DNA of 63,540 nucleotides, filler included, from Bigelowiella natans CCMP2755 (taxonomy: Eukaryota > Protista > Cercozoa), in the NCBI GenBank assembly GCA_000320545.1. It is 5 parts of 5 records of this genome, joined end to end, with 100 filler letters (N's around TTAATTAATTAA, not from the genome) between each part and the next. Parts side by side here need not be neighbours in the genome. Positions count along the whole stretch, not along the records: positions 1 to 18,841 come from ADNK01002793.1; 4 more parts are not named here. One strand, written 5' to 3'. The notes under the pieces are model-generated. The model had not been told where the DNA came from. It did not search any database and saw nothing but the letters and a program-made list of their open reading frames with translations. Every line of letters starts with the position of its first letter. The first letter of the stretch is position 1. This document shows positions 1 through 12,625 of this stretch, one piece after another. Both the position numbers and the translations under genes were made by a program.

Positions 1-394
1 ACCACACACACATCGCACGGGACGGGACCTTCCGGCGCATCGTTGATTTTCAAATCCGTACTAGCGTAGTTTGAATTGGGTGGTTGTCGCATACGCCAAC
101 ATCAGATAAAACGCCCTGCGTTTCCAGTCTGCGCCAGAACACGGTAATTCTCGCGCAAAAATCTATCTAGGCCAATAATTTCCCCGGAAACATCCAACGA
201 TCCTGAAGAAAGACATGAGGGGAAAATGAGAGGAGATATTCGTTGTCGCGGTTCATAAATACCCTTGATTTACCACCATTTTTGCTGGAAGTATTTGGTA
301 ACAGCCCCTCGGCCTGAGGACAATTCCATTGACATCGACTTGTTCCTTTAAGGAGAGGGATAGAGCGCCGCCCTCCGTGGAAGCAGCAGCAGTA

Positions 395-767
395 GCAGCC
401 GCAGTCGCCGCCGCCGTACAATGTGTATGATAACAAAGCACTCGCGGCATGTGTTTTCGATGGGGACGATAGGTAAGTTGTCATCACCTTTTCTTTACGA
501 TGAGCACGAATATTAAAAGGAAAAAAGGATAACATCGTATACGGGAAGTCACGATTGCAGAAGCTCGCTCGCAGACCTTGAAATCCACTTGATGCTAGCT
601 TGTTTTGATGCGCAGTCTTCGTGACATTATTCGGGGCAATTGGATTATGGGGCTCAAACGGCCGCATATCATGGAGTAAATTTGATGGAGACCCGGTGAT
701 ATCAATCAAACATGTAGCATGGATATGAAGATTGAGATGGAAAAGAGAGGCATATGAACAAAACACG

Positions 768-812
<45 letters not shown>

Positions 813-819
813 ACACGTA

Positions 820-859
<40 letters not shown>

Positions 860-1013
860 TTTATAACTTTAATATGTAAATATTATATCTTATATGTGTG
901 TGCCTGTGCTTTGTGTAGGTGGAGGGTTGTTCGAAGCTGTGGAAGTTCGGCCTCATCGGATACGAGGTTTTTGGCATCAAAATCTGAACATAGCCTCCTA
1001 ACGCATACACATA

Positions 1014-1051
<38 letters not shown>

Positions 1052-1330
1052 GTAAATAAATGTTAAATTATATTTATATGTATTTATTTATAATATGTAT
1101 TTGTGTAATTTCCACTCAATAATTGGTATGTATTGTACGTGTGATTATGCTAGGAGCTCTACGACGGATGTCCAGAGCACATCAAAGACGAATCAAATGA
1201 ATATGACGCCGGCAATAATGTAAATGAATAGAACAAGAAATACATAAAGGAGAGGGAAAATACCGTGAAATATGCGAGTTAAACGATGTGATTATGATCT
1301 CCCCCCCATGGGCACCATAAATGCACACAC

Positions 1331-1364
<34 letters not shown>

Positions 1365-2000
1365 TGATTGCGTGGGTTTTATATGCATTATATGCAGTGC
1401 TTTGACTCCAAAGTCTGCGATGAATGTGAGACTTCTGGGGCAACAATCATAAGGTATGCACCTACTTATTTTCGCTCACACTACATCAACGCACGCGTAT
1501 ACCGCCAGGCCTCCGAAACGAATCATTGCGCATATGCTCCTGTTAGATGCAGGCATCGAAATTCGTCTGATGAGTACTGGATTTTGTCACTTTATCAGTC
1601 TTCTGGGCTCCGGAATGGTGTCAGGATTCATTGGAATACTATTAGTGCAGGTACTTACTGCGGAAGGCAAGCCATGACATTCCCAGCAGCTGTTTCCATT
1701 GATATCTTTTGCGGTGTTTTTGAGGATATGCTTTATAGAATTTGTTCGATTTTTTTGCCGGTGGGCTGGGTGGGGTACATTTTTATTTATTTCGATGCCC
1801 TTTCGATTAAGGATGGTGCTTTGCGAATCATTTGTTATGGAATTTCAGATTAATAAGAACCGTACGCATAGTAACGAAGACAACTCTACTTTCCTTAAAA
1901 TTGTCACAGCAGCCGGTATATATGTCGATGCATGTTATAATGTGTAATAATATACAAATGTACTAGATACCAATTTCATACTTTGTGTATTCTCTGTATA

Positions 2001-2068
<68 letters not shown>

Positions 2069-2270
2069 AGTGTGTGTGTTATTGAATCTTGTCCACCCAC
2101 ACAATCGTGTTCTTACGCATGTAGAGTGGTGTAATTCGTTTATGTTTGTAATTAAAATTCACCTGAAATCTCGTTTTCCCAACATTGGTAATCGTAGCAC
2201 TGGGTATGACTTCCTTGTTCGCTGCAGTATGCCTCTTTTCCTGGCATGATTGCCATGAAAAATTGAAGGT
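395..2270 (+). CDS. possible multi-exon membrane protein (poorly resolved)
   Basis: Short GT-AG-flanked candidate exons between microsatellite introns read PPYNVYDNKALAACVFDGDD, VEGCSKLWKFGLIGYE, ELYDGCPEHIK and CFDSKVCDECETSGATIIR, followed by hydrophobic segments. No family recognised. Confidence 0.25.
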
Positions 2271-2392
2271 AGTAAGTAGAATGGGTAGGAGGGGCTGGGG
2301 CAAGGGATGCTCTTTTTGCGGAATAAAGAAAATATTCGACTGAGAAATGTGATTCTTCCATCGTCCCCTTTGTGTGTAGCATGCGTGCTTGT

Positions 2393-2429
<37 letters not shown>

Positions 2430-4332
2430 GTGTGTTTGTGCGTGTACGCATACGTCACTACCCTCAGAAAAGTTACAAATGCGGGCACAATTGCAATATG
2501 TTAATGCTATGCGACGCAGAGAATATGTGAAACACGCCTGTGCTTTGATTCGCAGCAATTTCTGATCGACAACGAATATTCGGGAACCTTAACGCTGCAA
2601 ATGGGATTTGCTATGGCCACTCTGTGCATGCTTGCTTCCGGTACGCATCACAAACTGCTCAAAAACTTAGGGTTTCGAAAGGCTGCAGCTGCGATGCAGC
2701 AGGGCCAGGATCTTTCGATGTTGAATAGAAGTCCCGATGTCTGTTCCTTGCTCTTGCTGCTGCGAACTTTCAGAATTCGGTTTTTGCATATGCGATAAAT
2801 TTAGGAAAAACACCAGAGATAGTTCTCCTAATTAATCTTCTGTGAGTGTGAGCTTGTGTGCTGAACGTATGATTGATAATGTTTCCTTTCACTTAGCCGG
2901 AGCTGCACTCAATGAGTTAACCATTGGATGCTTTGGGGAAAGCTACTAACTAGTGAACAGGCTACTGCAGTTTCCAATGCCCCAAGCTCACTTACCAATC
3001 ATGATCTAGATGATCCACGGTCCTTTACGTACGTATTTGAGTCACAACAATGCAGGGAGTGTTTGTAGCCATCATCATGATGATCACATTGTCCGTCATC
3101 ATTGCGGTACCTATGTCATCATCGTTTGTTGATTCTTGTCCATGCAACCATGGTCAACATGATCTGATCGCGCATGATTTTTTGCATGCAAGCTCATCAC
3201 TCACAACATCGAACATCTCCGCCTGGCCGCGATCCGATGACACGTCCCGTCACATGCTCGCCAGCTGTGTCTGTGTGCTGTGTACGCGAGCGAGCCGATG
3301 TTTGAGCTGCATATGCATGCTAGCAATGATGTGTGGAGCAAGAGACCAAGGTTAGAAGTGCGTACTTGCGTGGCTACTGCGTCTCTTGCTGGAATCGATA
3401 CCAGAATCATTCATGCGAGGCATGTTCAGGGAGGTCGGATAAAAACACAAGAGTCGAAGCTATCAGTAGAAAGGGAAATGAAACGTTTTCCCATAATTCA
3501 CTATTCCACTAAAGTTTCGAAAAAATGAGTCTAAAACATTTCCAAATCTAGGAGTCATGAAATGATATAATGAAGACGACACTGCTTTAGTTTGGGTCGT
3601 ATTGGCATGTAGTGGTCATTGTGTAACTGTTGGGGACGCATAAAGTAGCTCTCACGATTGTTACTTTCTAATACCTTGCTGCTATATAAAAGCACGTCAT
3701 TGATTATAATGGAAGTGGAACTGTTGCTTCCCTCTTCGCGTAAGTCTGTATAAATATTGTGTGTTTGTGTGTTGTGTGTGGTGCGTGGGTGCGGGATTGT
3801 CTCAGTAGCGTGCAGGATCAAAAACATGTAATCATTTTCGCACCGATCTAATTTGCCCTCGCGGACGATAAAACGTCGTCGATTGATAAGGCTCAACGGC
3901 TCGTTTGACTTGGATTTCATGTTGCTTTCCAGTTGTCGGAGATAGTCACCACGTTTGGACTTACGCGAGAGTCATTGAGAGCATACAAGAATGGTAGTAT
4001 TTGTTTCGCTTTCTCGTTTCGTGCTTCAGCCCGACCTATCCACTCAATACAGTTGATACTGGCCTTAGATTAAGAATAATCGACTTGAATGGAAGGCAAT
4101 ATGGCAAATCCCCGAGAGAATATCGAGCATATCGAGGGATTTCTTCCTGTGCTCCCAGCGAAACAAACCCTCTCAAACCTCTTTCATTATGTTGTCAAGC
4201 TCGACGAGAGCAGTACGCTATATTGCTGGGGAGAGGGCTTCCTCATTTCGAGATGTAGCTAAGACTAGCAGGATGTAATTTTCCACACAGTTTTCATACT
4301 GCCTTTATTTGGTACAGCTGGCCCGTGCCGTG

Positions 4333-4526
4333 CTTCAGTCTCGGAAAAGTCACCACTGCGACATGAAATGTGTGATGACGTTTTGTGCGAATCCCCTTTG
4401 ATTTGCAGTGGATCTAACTGTCTTGTTCTTCAGTCTCGGAAAAGTCACCACTGCGACATGAAATGTGTGATGACGTTTTGTGCGAATCCCCTTTGATTTG
4501 CAGTGGATCTAACTGTCTTGTTCTTC
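4333..4526. repeat. perfect 95-bp tandem duplication
   Basis: The unit CTTCAGTCTCGGAAAAGTC...CTAACTGTCTTGTT occurs at 4333-4427 and 4428-4522, followed by CTTC (4-nt microhomology). Confidence 0.95.
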
Positions 4527-4687
4527 TTCTTCCCTTCTTCCGTTCTTCTCCCGTTCTTCTCCTTCCCTCTGAGCCGACAGTCTTCTCACTCCTCGTCTGA
4601 GCCGCGCAGCCGCCTGTGGAAAAACCGAAGAACAACAACACCCAACGCCCCTGACACACATGGTCAACATCTGACATCCTGTTCAGC

Positions 4688-5503
4688 ATGGAAGTAGATA
4701 CCGGTAAAAAGTCTGCAGCAAGTAAGGTCGCCAAGAAAGTGACCAAAGCAGAAGCGGTCTCGGTGCCGCATGCCTTCTGTTGTCCAATAGGCATGGAGAT
4801 CATGGAGGATCCGGTTATTACTGTTGTTGGCCAGACATACGAGCGCCGAAACATTGAAAAATGGTTCAAGTCATCATCTGCATGCAAAGACCCCGTCACG
4901 GGATTGGAGATGTGGTCTCCTATGCTGATCCCCAACCTCTCCCTGAAGCAAGTCATACGCTCATGGAAGGAAAACAAAGCATGCAAGAAGGACAAAATTG
5001 ATCCGACTGATATGAAGCAGCATTACGATTATAGCAGTATCCCGATGACATCGTGGAAGAAGGGACATGTTGGATTGTTTGTCTCAAAAATTGGGAAAAA
5101 CCGATGTTGGACAAAACTGGCAAAGCTCATGATGAAGAAAGAAATCGATGGTGCATTACTGAAGTCGATGAAATATGTCGAAGTGTCAAAATCGTTACAG
5201 TTGCCACTAATTGCGGCCAGATCATTGAGTGATGCTGTGAGCGAACAGCTCAAATGGGAGGAAAACCAGAGAAAACTTCTCCAAAAATATATCACTGGAA
5301 GTATGGAAGTCAAATCTAATAGTAGCAGTAGAGGCAAATTTAGTTCATTTGGGAATGGCTTTAGGTTGGAATCATCTCGAAGTACAACTAGTGATGGTCA
5401 ATTTGGATTTCCCGAGCACTCGTTCTGGTCTGCTCCTCATGGTCCATTCGGTACTACCAATTCATCATTCGGATTTAGCGATGACCATGGATTTGGATTT
5501 TGA
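4688..5503 (+). CDS. U-box E3 ubiquitin ligase with SAM-like domain and FG-rich tail
   Basis: U-box signature PHAFCCPIGMEIMEDPVITVVGQTYERRNIEKWF...DPVT...LIPNLSLKQVIRSW. A SAM-like segment follows (WKKGHVGLFV...KKEIDGALLKSM). Intronless, 271 aa. Confidence 0.85.
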   Translation: MEVDTGKKSAASKVAKKVTKAEAVSVPHAFCCPIGMEIMEDPVITVVGQTYERRNIEKWFKSSSACKDPVTGLEMWSPMLIPNLSLKQVIRSWKENKACKKDKIDPTDMKQHYDYSSIPMTSWKKGHVGLFVSKIGKNRCWTKLAKLMMKKEIDGALLKSMKYVEVSKSLQLPLIAARSLSDAVSEQLKWEENQRKLLQKYITGSMEVKSNSSSRGKFSSFGNGFRLESSRSTTSDGQFGFPEHSFWSAPHGPFGTTNSSFGFSDDHGFGF

Positions 5504-6428
5504 TTTAGATCTAGTAGTAGCAGCGATGCTGCTGGATTCGAATGGAACAACAATAACTCACAATTCACTAAAATGTGACAATAAAGCAAAGTGACGTAGA
5601 AATAACTAAAAAAAAATCTAAGAACATTAATAGAATATCACCTGATGATTTTAATCTGTAACTCAACTTCGTTAGAGTCGACTGACTACGTGGCACTCTC
5701 TAGCTAGCCTGCGGCACAAATAGACAAGCCCATGACATGCGTCAATTTGACAGCCTACATGAATCCCAGCATCATGCGCGCGATGTGTGGACAAAGAATG
5801 CGCTGCCAACGCCTGAGCGGATGTGCTGCTTTCAGGCGTGAAACGCTGACCATGATTAGCACTAGAACAAGTCACAAGTGACACATCCAACAGATACATG
5901 CACCGCAACCGTCTAGCTGTGCATAGTAGATGGCTGCAAGCAGAGCCCGCGCGCATACAGAATTTGCATTTCACTGACTTGTGATCAATGCATGCATGCG
6001 AGCATGCCAGTAGTTCAACAAGCAACGGTCCACGTATCAGATCGACTTGCTGGTTATCTGTGAACGCCCAGACGCCACCATGCACACAGCAGCATCGCAC
6101 AAGAGCCACTTCGCTAGCCCTCTCTATTTCCTGGTCTCCATGGCCAATTGCTCCTGATCCGACGCTGCTTCATGCTTGCACGTGCACAGGAGTGCAGGTG
6201 ACTGTATAAATGGGAGGATCCATATTTGTCTATGCCGAACGGCGCTGCAAGGCAAGCATCCAACCACATTCCAGTTCAAGCTTACCTGCCTGTTAGAAGT
6301 ACACGATGATGTGTTGTTCACCATTCGATTTTAAAGTGAATCTACAAACGTACTTCACACATACGCACGCACGCAACGCGCGCGCGGCATAAATGGGGAT
6401 GCACAAGCTTTTGCACACACCGTTATCT

Positions 6429-6577
6429 TCAATTCTGGGGCATTTTTTTATTATCTTTTGGGCCTACAGGATCTCTTCGCTCCTCTGGTATATGCGCGCC
6501 TTTTTTCCCGCCCAACAGCCGCGCTGACATTGAAACCGGGGCATTTTTGGCCGAAATTCTGACTTTGGCGAATCTAT

Positions 6578-6615
<38 letters not shown>

Positions 6616-8658
6616 GCGTGTGCGTGTGTGTGCATATATAATCAACGTGAGATGAAGATGTGCGACGGATTTCCGTGCAACTAATACGAGTTCGTCAAAA
6701 CCGAAAATATACTTGTCATCGGCAATGATCGCCTTTTGTGAAATGGATCGGAATGGTAGCGGGTGGCGGAAGAACGTATCACAACCGAATGGCAATGAAG
6801 GAGCCAACAAGATTCTTTGTTTTTTCTCAGAAATCGCGACCAAATTTGCGTTTATTCTCAAATATCGTCTTCTATTTTGTCTATTTTTTATGTCTTTGCG
6901 TGGATACTTTCGCCACTTCGGGTCGAGTAGAGTGCACTCTGCCATCAACTTCACATCTTCTTCCGGAAATTCCTGCTTCGACACCTGCCAAACACAGGCA
7001 AAAGCAAGATGTGCTTTCAGTGGGGCTATAAACACTATTCAATCGTACGTTCCTGCTTTATATTCACATATATTTTTTTAATTTTTACGGTTGTAACACA
7101 CACACACACGCACACACGCACACACGCACACACGCACACACGCACACACGCACACACGCACACACGCACACACACACACGCACGCGCACACACTGCTATA
7201 AATACATATAAACGATATCCAAGTTAGGTTATTTTTGGGTGTGCGAGAGAAGCGAAGGGAAGCATCAATCACCATTTGATGTGCGTATGCGACAGGAATG
7301 TGAGGCAGCGGGCGCTTCTTTAGCACGAACTCATCGCCTTCCTGAAATAAGAGTGACTCTGACATCATATCCGACATCGTTTTACGAGCAAGCAACTGCT
7401 TTCCAGCACCAGCCGCGACCACATCCACATATCGGCCTCCCTCTCCCCTTTGCATGCACTATACGTGGATTTTCGTCGTTGGTGCTACCTTGAATTTTCC
7501 CGGCTTCACAACCGCATATAGCCAACCAGCCATACAATGGACCTCCACGGTACTGGAGAGGAGGTGTTTGCGGTCGTTACAGCTAAATCTGTGATTTAGA
7601 TGGAAGCATGGCGCCCTCGGCTGCGTAACCTGCAACAATGCATAACACGAGGAATGGTCGATTAGGCTGTAGATTAGCTGATTATCGAATAATACGTGGG
7701 GGGGGAAGGGGGGGGCGATATGAACAGAAACTAGACGCGACAACGATGATCCTCTATGAGAAATTCTAATGATGTGTGATGATGAAGAAGAAGAGGAAGA
7801 AGACGACGACGACGACGATGATAATGATGATGATGATGATGAACGCTCAATGTCGAACACAGAGGAGGATGGGGTCCGGGCATATGTCTCGAATCAAAAA
7901 TCTTAGAAGTGCGATAGAAGCTGTTGCTCGAGACTGTAACTACGGCAGCGATGGCGCAAGTCCAAATCTCAGCGTTTAGGGAAGAAGTAGCCAAGAATGT
8001 GAAAACCGTTGATTGTGGTAACGAAAAGGGAGATTATCCAACCCGAATTATGGCAGATCCTAGCTCAAACTCATCGCCAATACACACAGTTCGCTCGTTC
8101 ATGCCGCAGCTAGTGCTGATATTTTCGCCGAAACCTTGCAACATAGAGAGATTCAAGCTAACTTGTCACACGGTGACATTCTTTCCGTCTTCAGTAAATT
8201 TAAAAAGTGAAACATAAACACAAGCCGAATTACCCGGGGCGACCAGACGTGGAAAGTCAATCTCAGCGCCGTTCTTTTTGTAGATCTCCTCTATCCTCAC
8301 GTAATGTTCGTGCGCAAAGTGCAAAAGTGCTCGTCCCGGTCCTCCTTCAAAATTCGACGCATTAGACCGATCGTCATAAATTAGGTCATTTGCGCACAAT
8401 AGAATCTATACCGTGAGACGTTCGTGCTTGCTGGTCCTGCAGTATTCCAAGCTCATTCACTTCGACTTCTCCTTTAATTTCCTCCTTATCGATTCCGCTT
8501 CGAGCGCCTTCAAATCAGGCATTCTAATCAGCATTGTAGACCTCGTGCAAAGAGATAGTGGCGACATCAAACAAACAACCTCGGTACCACTTGTCGTAGC
8601 TCCTGATCTTCCCGGCAAACACTTTGTCAACTTTCCATCCGGTGGGGCCTGGTTCCAT
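6429..8658 (-). CDS. MOSC-domain protein (YiiM-like), multi-exon
   Basis: Spliced exons give VDKVFAGKIRSY, GARSGIDKEEIKGEVEVNELGILQDQQARTSHG, GGPGRALLHFAHEHY, GFGENISTSCGMNERTVCIGDEFELGSAIIR, VTQPRAPCFHLNHRF and GWLYAVVKPG. These match YiiM/MOSC motifs (GGPDRA, FGEN, IGD, QPRxPC). Start and last exons approximate. Confidence 0.85.
7096..7192. repeat. intronic CA/CACG microsatellite (representative of many TA, CA, GA, GAT and G/C tracts in introns of contigs 1-4)
   Basis: (ACAC)/(ACACGCAC) run inside a MOSC gene intron. Confidence 0.9.
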
Positions 8659-9541
8659 TGTGTGCTCCTTGGCACGAGCCTCCCTCGCCTCCCTGACGGA
8701 GGCATTGCCTCCTGTAGATATAATGTCACCCATCGAGACGGCTCGGATTCCACACTGCGAGTATTGGCGCTACTGCCGAACGTGATGCCCACATCTCACG
8801 CATGCGCGGAACTTGCCAGAAAATTCCCAGAACATAGTTTTGAACAACGGGCCGGGTTTCCCGAGATTCATGGAAATAGCCCTGTATTTTATCCCTACGA
8901 CTCTACGCCAACTTCTCACCACATTATTTCCTTCGGAATCCTGGCACTTGGAACTCGTCGTATCAGGATTTGACCTGTGCGACAAGGATAGCACGCGGGA
9001 AAAATGCAGCTGTTCCGAAAGGCCCGTCCGGATATGGTGTCTTCCCGAACGCATCCCGTGACATTCTGGTTTGGGTAGTTTCCGGTGAAATCATCCGAAA
9101 AAACACACTCTAGGTTCTGGGTACGAAAGCCGGTCACGCCAGTGACCGGCTTTCCTCAAAAACGGCCTGCTGATTTGTGTCGCAGGAAAGATCTCCCCTC
9201 GGTATATCCATGATTCGGAAGAGAAGAAAGCGGACAGGCTCTCCAGTAAACACTGCGTCGTCCCAAGGACACCTGTACGGAACGGAAGAAGTACTCTCAA
9301 GCCTTCGAGGCCCGGCCTTTCCCATTCTCTGGCCACCTCTGGTTCACCAGTAGCTCTCTTTTGCGTGTAACACGAAAGAGGGGAGAGCGGCGTCTCGAAT
9401 CAGGTGCAGTAGGAAATGGACTGAGCCTTTCTCTGGCACTCTTCAAGCGAACAGTCAATTGCGAATAAAACACGCAACGGCTGATCATCGCTTTTCATCA
9501 CAAAAAGCCGCAGTTAGTCTTGCAGAAAGATAGCTAAGGCA

Positions 9542-11664
9542 ATGACCCTCCGACTCGGAAAAAGTGATTCCTGCCCTCGATCACCAGTCCCGCAAATCCT
9601 GCCTTTCATTCCTAAAAATGAAGGTAGCTGTGGGGTTCGAACTGTGGACGGGGGTTTGGGAGCTGAAGAGCCCATTAAAGAATATGAAAATCCGCAGCAG
9701 ATCACAGATGAGCATCTACCTCGACACATACCCAACGACACTACGGCTGTTATGAGTAGTGGCAGGAGGCAACCCACTGATGATAGACGATTTCAGGAAC
9801 ACTTCCGCCATGAGCAGCCGCCGCAGCGGGTTTCTCAACAACAGCCGCTGAGTGGTATAACACCCCAACGCTCCCATTCGCATCATTATCTACCAGAAAA
9901 TAGGCAGAACCAATTTCACGCATTCCATTCGCCACTGCTGTCATCGCTGAATAAGCACCAATTACAAGAACATGGCGGGAATCCCCAGGCAGCGCAATCC
10001 CCTGTGCGCTCACCACCTCTTGAAAATAGCGATAACAAAATTACAGCACCGTTAAAGGAGCAGCTTACCTTATCCCTAGCGTACGATAAGCGTCGAAATG
10101 GGTTCCAATTCACTTGGGAGGGAAGCGGTCAGCCTTGTAGTGAAGCTCTCCCTCCTCGAAATAGCATCTGCAGTAGCAGAGGTAGGGAAAACACAAAGCT
10201 ACCAACTCTTCCGCCGGTCTCTCCGAAAAATCGAAGGGTAAGTAGCAACAACAAGGAAGAGATAGCGGTAGTGACGGCTATGAATTCCGAACAGTCGGCA
10301 ACGACATTCACCAAGGCAAGGAAAAAGAGGGAGGCGGTAAAGACTAGCATCGATCCGGAAATCCTAGCTAACCGTGCAATCACCAAACAGAAGCAATTGA
10401 TAAAAGATCGCTATGAATCACCACTTAGTCGTGCATGTGGATTCTCTGCAGCTAATGCTTTGGGGGGTCTTGATCGTAAACTAGGGAGAGGGGAGAGACA
10501 CCACAACATTGCTGCAAAGATTAAGGTCGACGGCCGGCAGCTGCCAAAGAAGCGCAAACTCGAGGATACGAGAGATGTAGTGGAAGAACGAGCAGGGAGG
10601 AGAGGAGAAGGGAGAAAAGGGGGAGGAGGGAGTCCTAAAAATAATGACGGCAAAGGCAATAGATGCTGCAGTGGGTGCTGCTGTTGCGACAGTGCGAGTG
10701 TTCGCTCGACGGTTGTGGCAGGTAAAAGCTAAGAAATATGCACTGCGTGTGGGTGTCAGGCGCGTTTCACTAACTGCCTCAACGGGCACTTCCCACAAGG
10801 CCTAATTTCACGTATTGTGTACTTGTTCGCTCGGTGCAGGCAGCGATGAGAGTGGGTGGGGGATGCTTCCTGTGCTACGGAAGGAGGATGGGGATGACCG
10901 GTCCGTCTTCACCTTTTCTGGGCTATATGATAGCACTGTGAGGCTCACCATCGAGGATAGGAAGTTGAGACTTTATGGCTCTATCTCAAGGTAATGATGG
11001 TATTTTTTAGAGTGATCGTGAAGTGCCTATGATAACACCGGTCGTTGCGGCCGTGATCCGTGATGAGGCTTTTGTAAGAAATCAATAAGACAGCTAGCGT
11101 GAAGAAGAAAGGAAGAGAGAAGGGGGGAGAGGGAGGGGAGGGAATTGCATCCCAGCTTAGGATCAGATACAACACCTAGTCTATGTCTTTCCCTTTTTTA
11201 TGGGTCATCACAATCATCCTTTTCACCTTGCTACACATACATGATGCACAACCAGACGCGACCAGGAAAGGGACGACAACGTCATTGGTGGTGTGCATTA
11301 TCAAGTGCAGTATACGTGCTCATTTGACCTCGCAGCCAACGTAGATTTGTCCAGGATCTCGGCTGTGATGATGGGAGGCGACGGAGAGCTCATCGTCGTC
11401 GTTCCTAAGTGCCACGTTCCCGTGCCAAGGCCATCATCATCATCATCATCATCATCATCAGCGTCCAAATTAGAAGAGCACAAAGCGAGGAGGGGAGAGG
11501 GGGAGAACACCGTAGCGAAAATTCACCTAAATAGAAAGGGAAATGCTGCTGTCCAGCCCAAGCAGCATCAAAAGGCGATGGAAGGCGGGGAGGCAAGCGG
11601 TTGCAAGCGGATGAAGGGCGGCCATCATAATGCACGATCATTAGTGGTGGGGCGAGACAAGTGA
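9542..11664 (+). CDS. protein with long disordered N-terminus and C-terminal HSP20/alpha-crystallin-like domain
   Basis: join(9542..10721,10840..10990,11256..11664) stays in frame with GT-AG introns. Exons 2-3 read VRLTIEDRKLRLYG...YTCSFDLAANVDLSRISAVMMGGDGELIVVVPK, an alpha-crystallin pattern. Confidence 0.7.
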
Positions 11665-11891
11665 TTTCCTGTTAGTGGGTCTGCGAAGCAATGTCGCACC
11701 AATGAACAACGAATATCACAAACAACAACATCTCTCTCTGGTGTGAATGAACAACGAAGGGCACAAACAACATCACTCTGTTGCGAGCCATTGTCCGATG
11801 CCATAGCCGATATTTAATAACTCTGTATTATAAGTTCATGCATCCACTTTTCTCTCAGTGCGCGGTCGCGTTGTCAAATCGTACTCGGTGA

Positions 11892-11937
<46 letters not shown>

Positions 11938-12625
11938 GAGATGTAAAACATAGAATAGCAATAATGTATCCGCCTTTATATTTCCAAAGAACAAAAGCTT
12001 GTGCTGTAAACTTTAAATCCAAAATTTACCCGGTCAGAATGGCGTAGGAACAACTATAATGCCTTGCTCCTGTTATCAATATTTACCATGTTCAACTTCA
12101 CATAATTTAGTCTGTAGTATATTGAGATGATTCTCACCATTCTACATACCTACCTATCCCCCCCCAACATGTTGGTCGCCGTGTCCGTAATGTTCCCCTT
12201 GATATTCTGTTTAATGGGTCGGGGATGGCGTTCCAGTTTAACCCTGGATGTGCTCTCGTTTTTCCTTCGTTCTCTTTGTGTTCCACCAACATACGAATGC
12301 ACTTTGATTGTTGGATCATGGGAGGAGGCATGATTACAGGCAGAAGATCTATCATTGCCGAAACATGCATGAAAAAACTTATTTCATTTAGTTAGGCACA
12401 TTGATGCGCCACAACTAATAGCACACTGAATGTTGGTCGCTTGCAAGTGACGCAATCATCATGTCTAGCTAGCTAGCTAGACGCTACATCCTAGCATCAT
12501 CAGTGATGCGAATTCGCATCGTGGCATGCATGCAGTCACAATTGTTTTCAAGTGAACATTGATGACGCATGATCGAGCAGTGCTAGATGTGAGTGCGCAC
12601 ACTGCGCTGAGCTAGAACGTGCATA

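Noticed and set aside
167-856. 229-aa ORF and many similar YIYI/VCVC/THTH/ERER ORFs across contigs 1-4
   Set aside because: These are translations of intronic microsatellites.
4333-4526. CRISPR-like repeat
   Set aside because: Two adjacent 95-bp copies with no spacers and no cas genes.
8166-8792. Stop-interrupted MOSC fragments suggesting a pseudogene or an alternative genetic code
   Set aside because: Short GT-AG introns restore a continuous standard-code frame.
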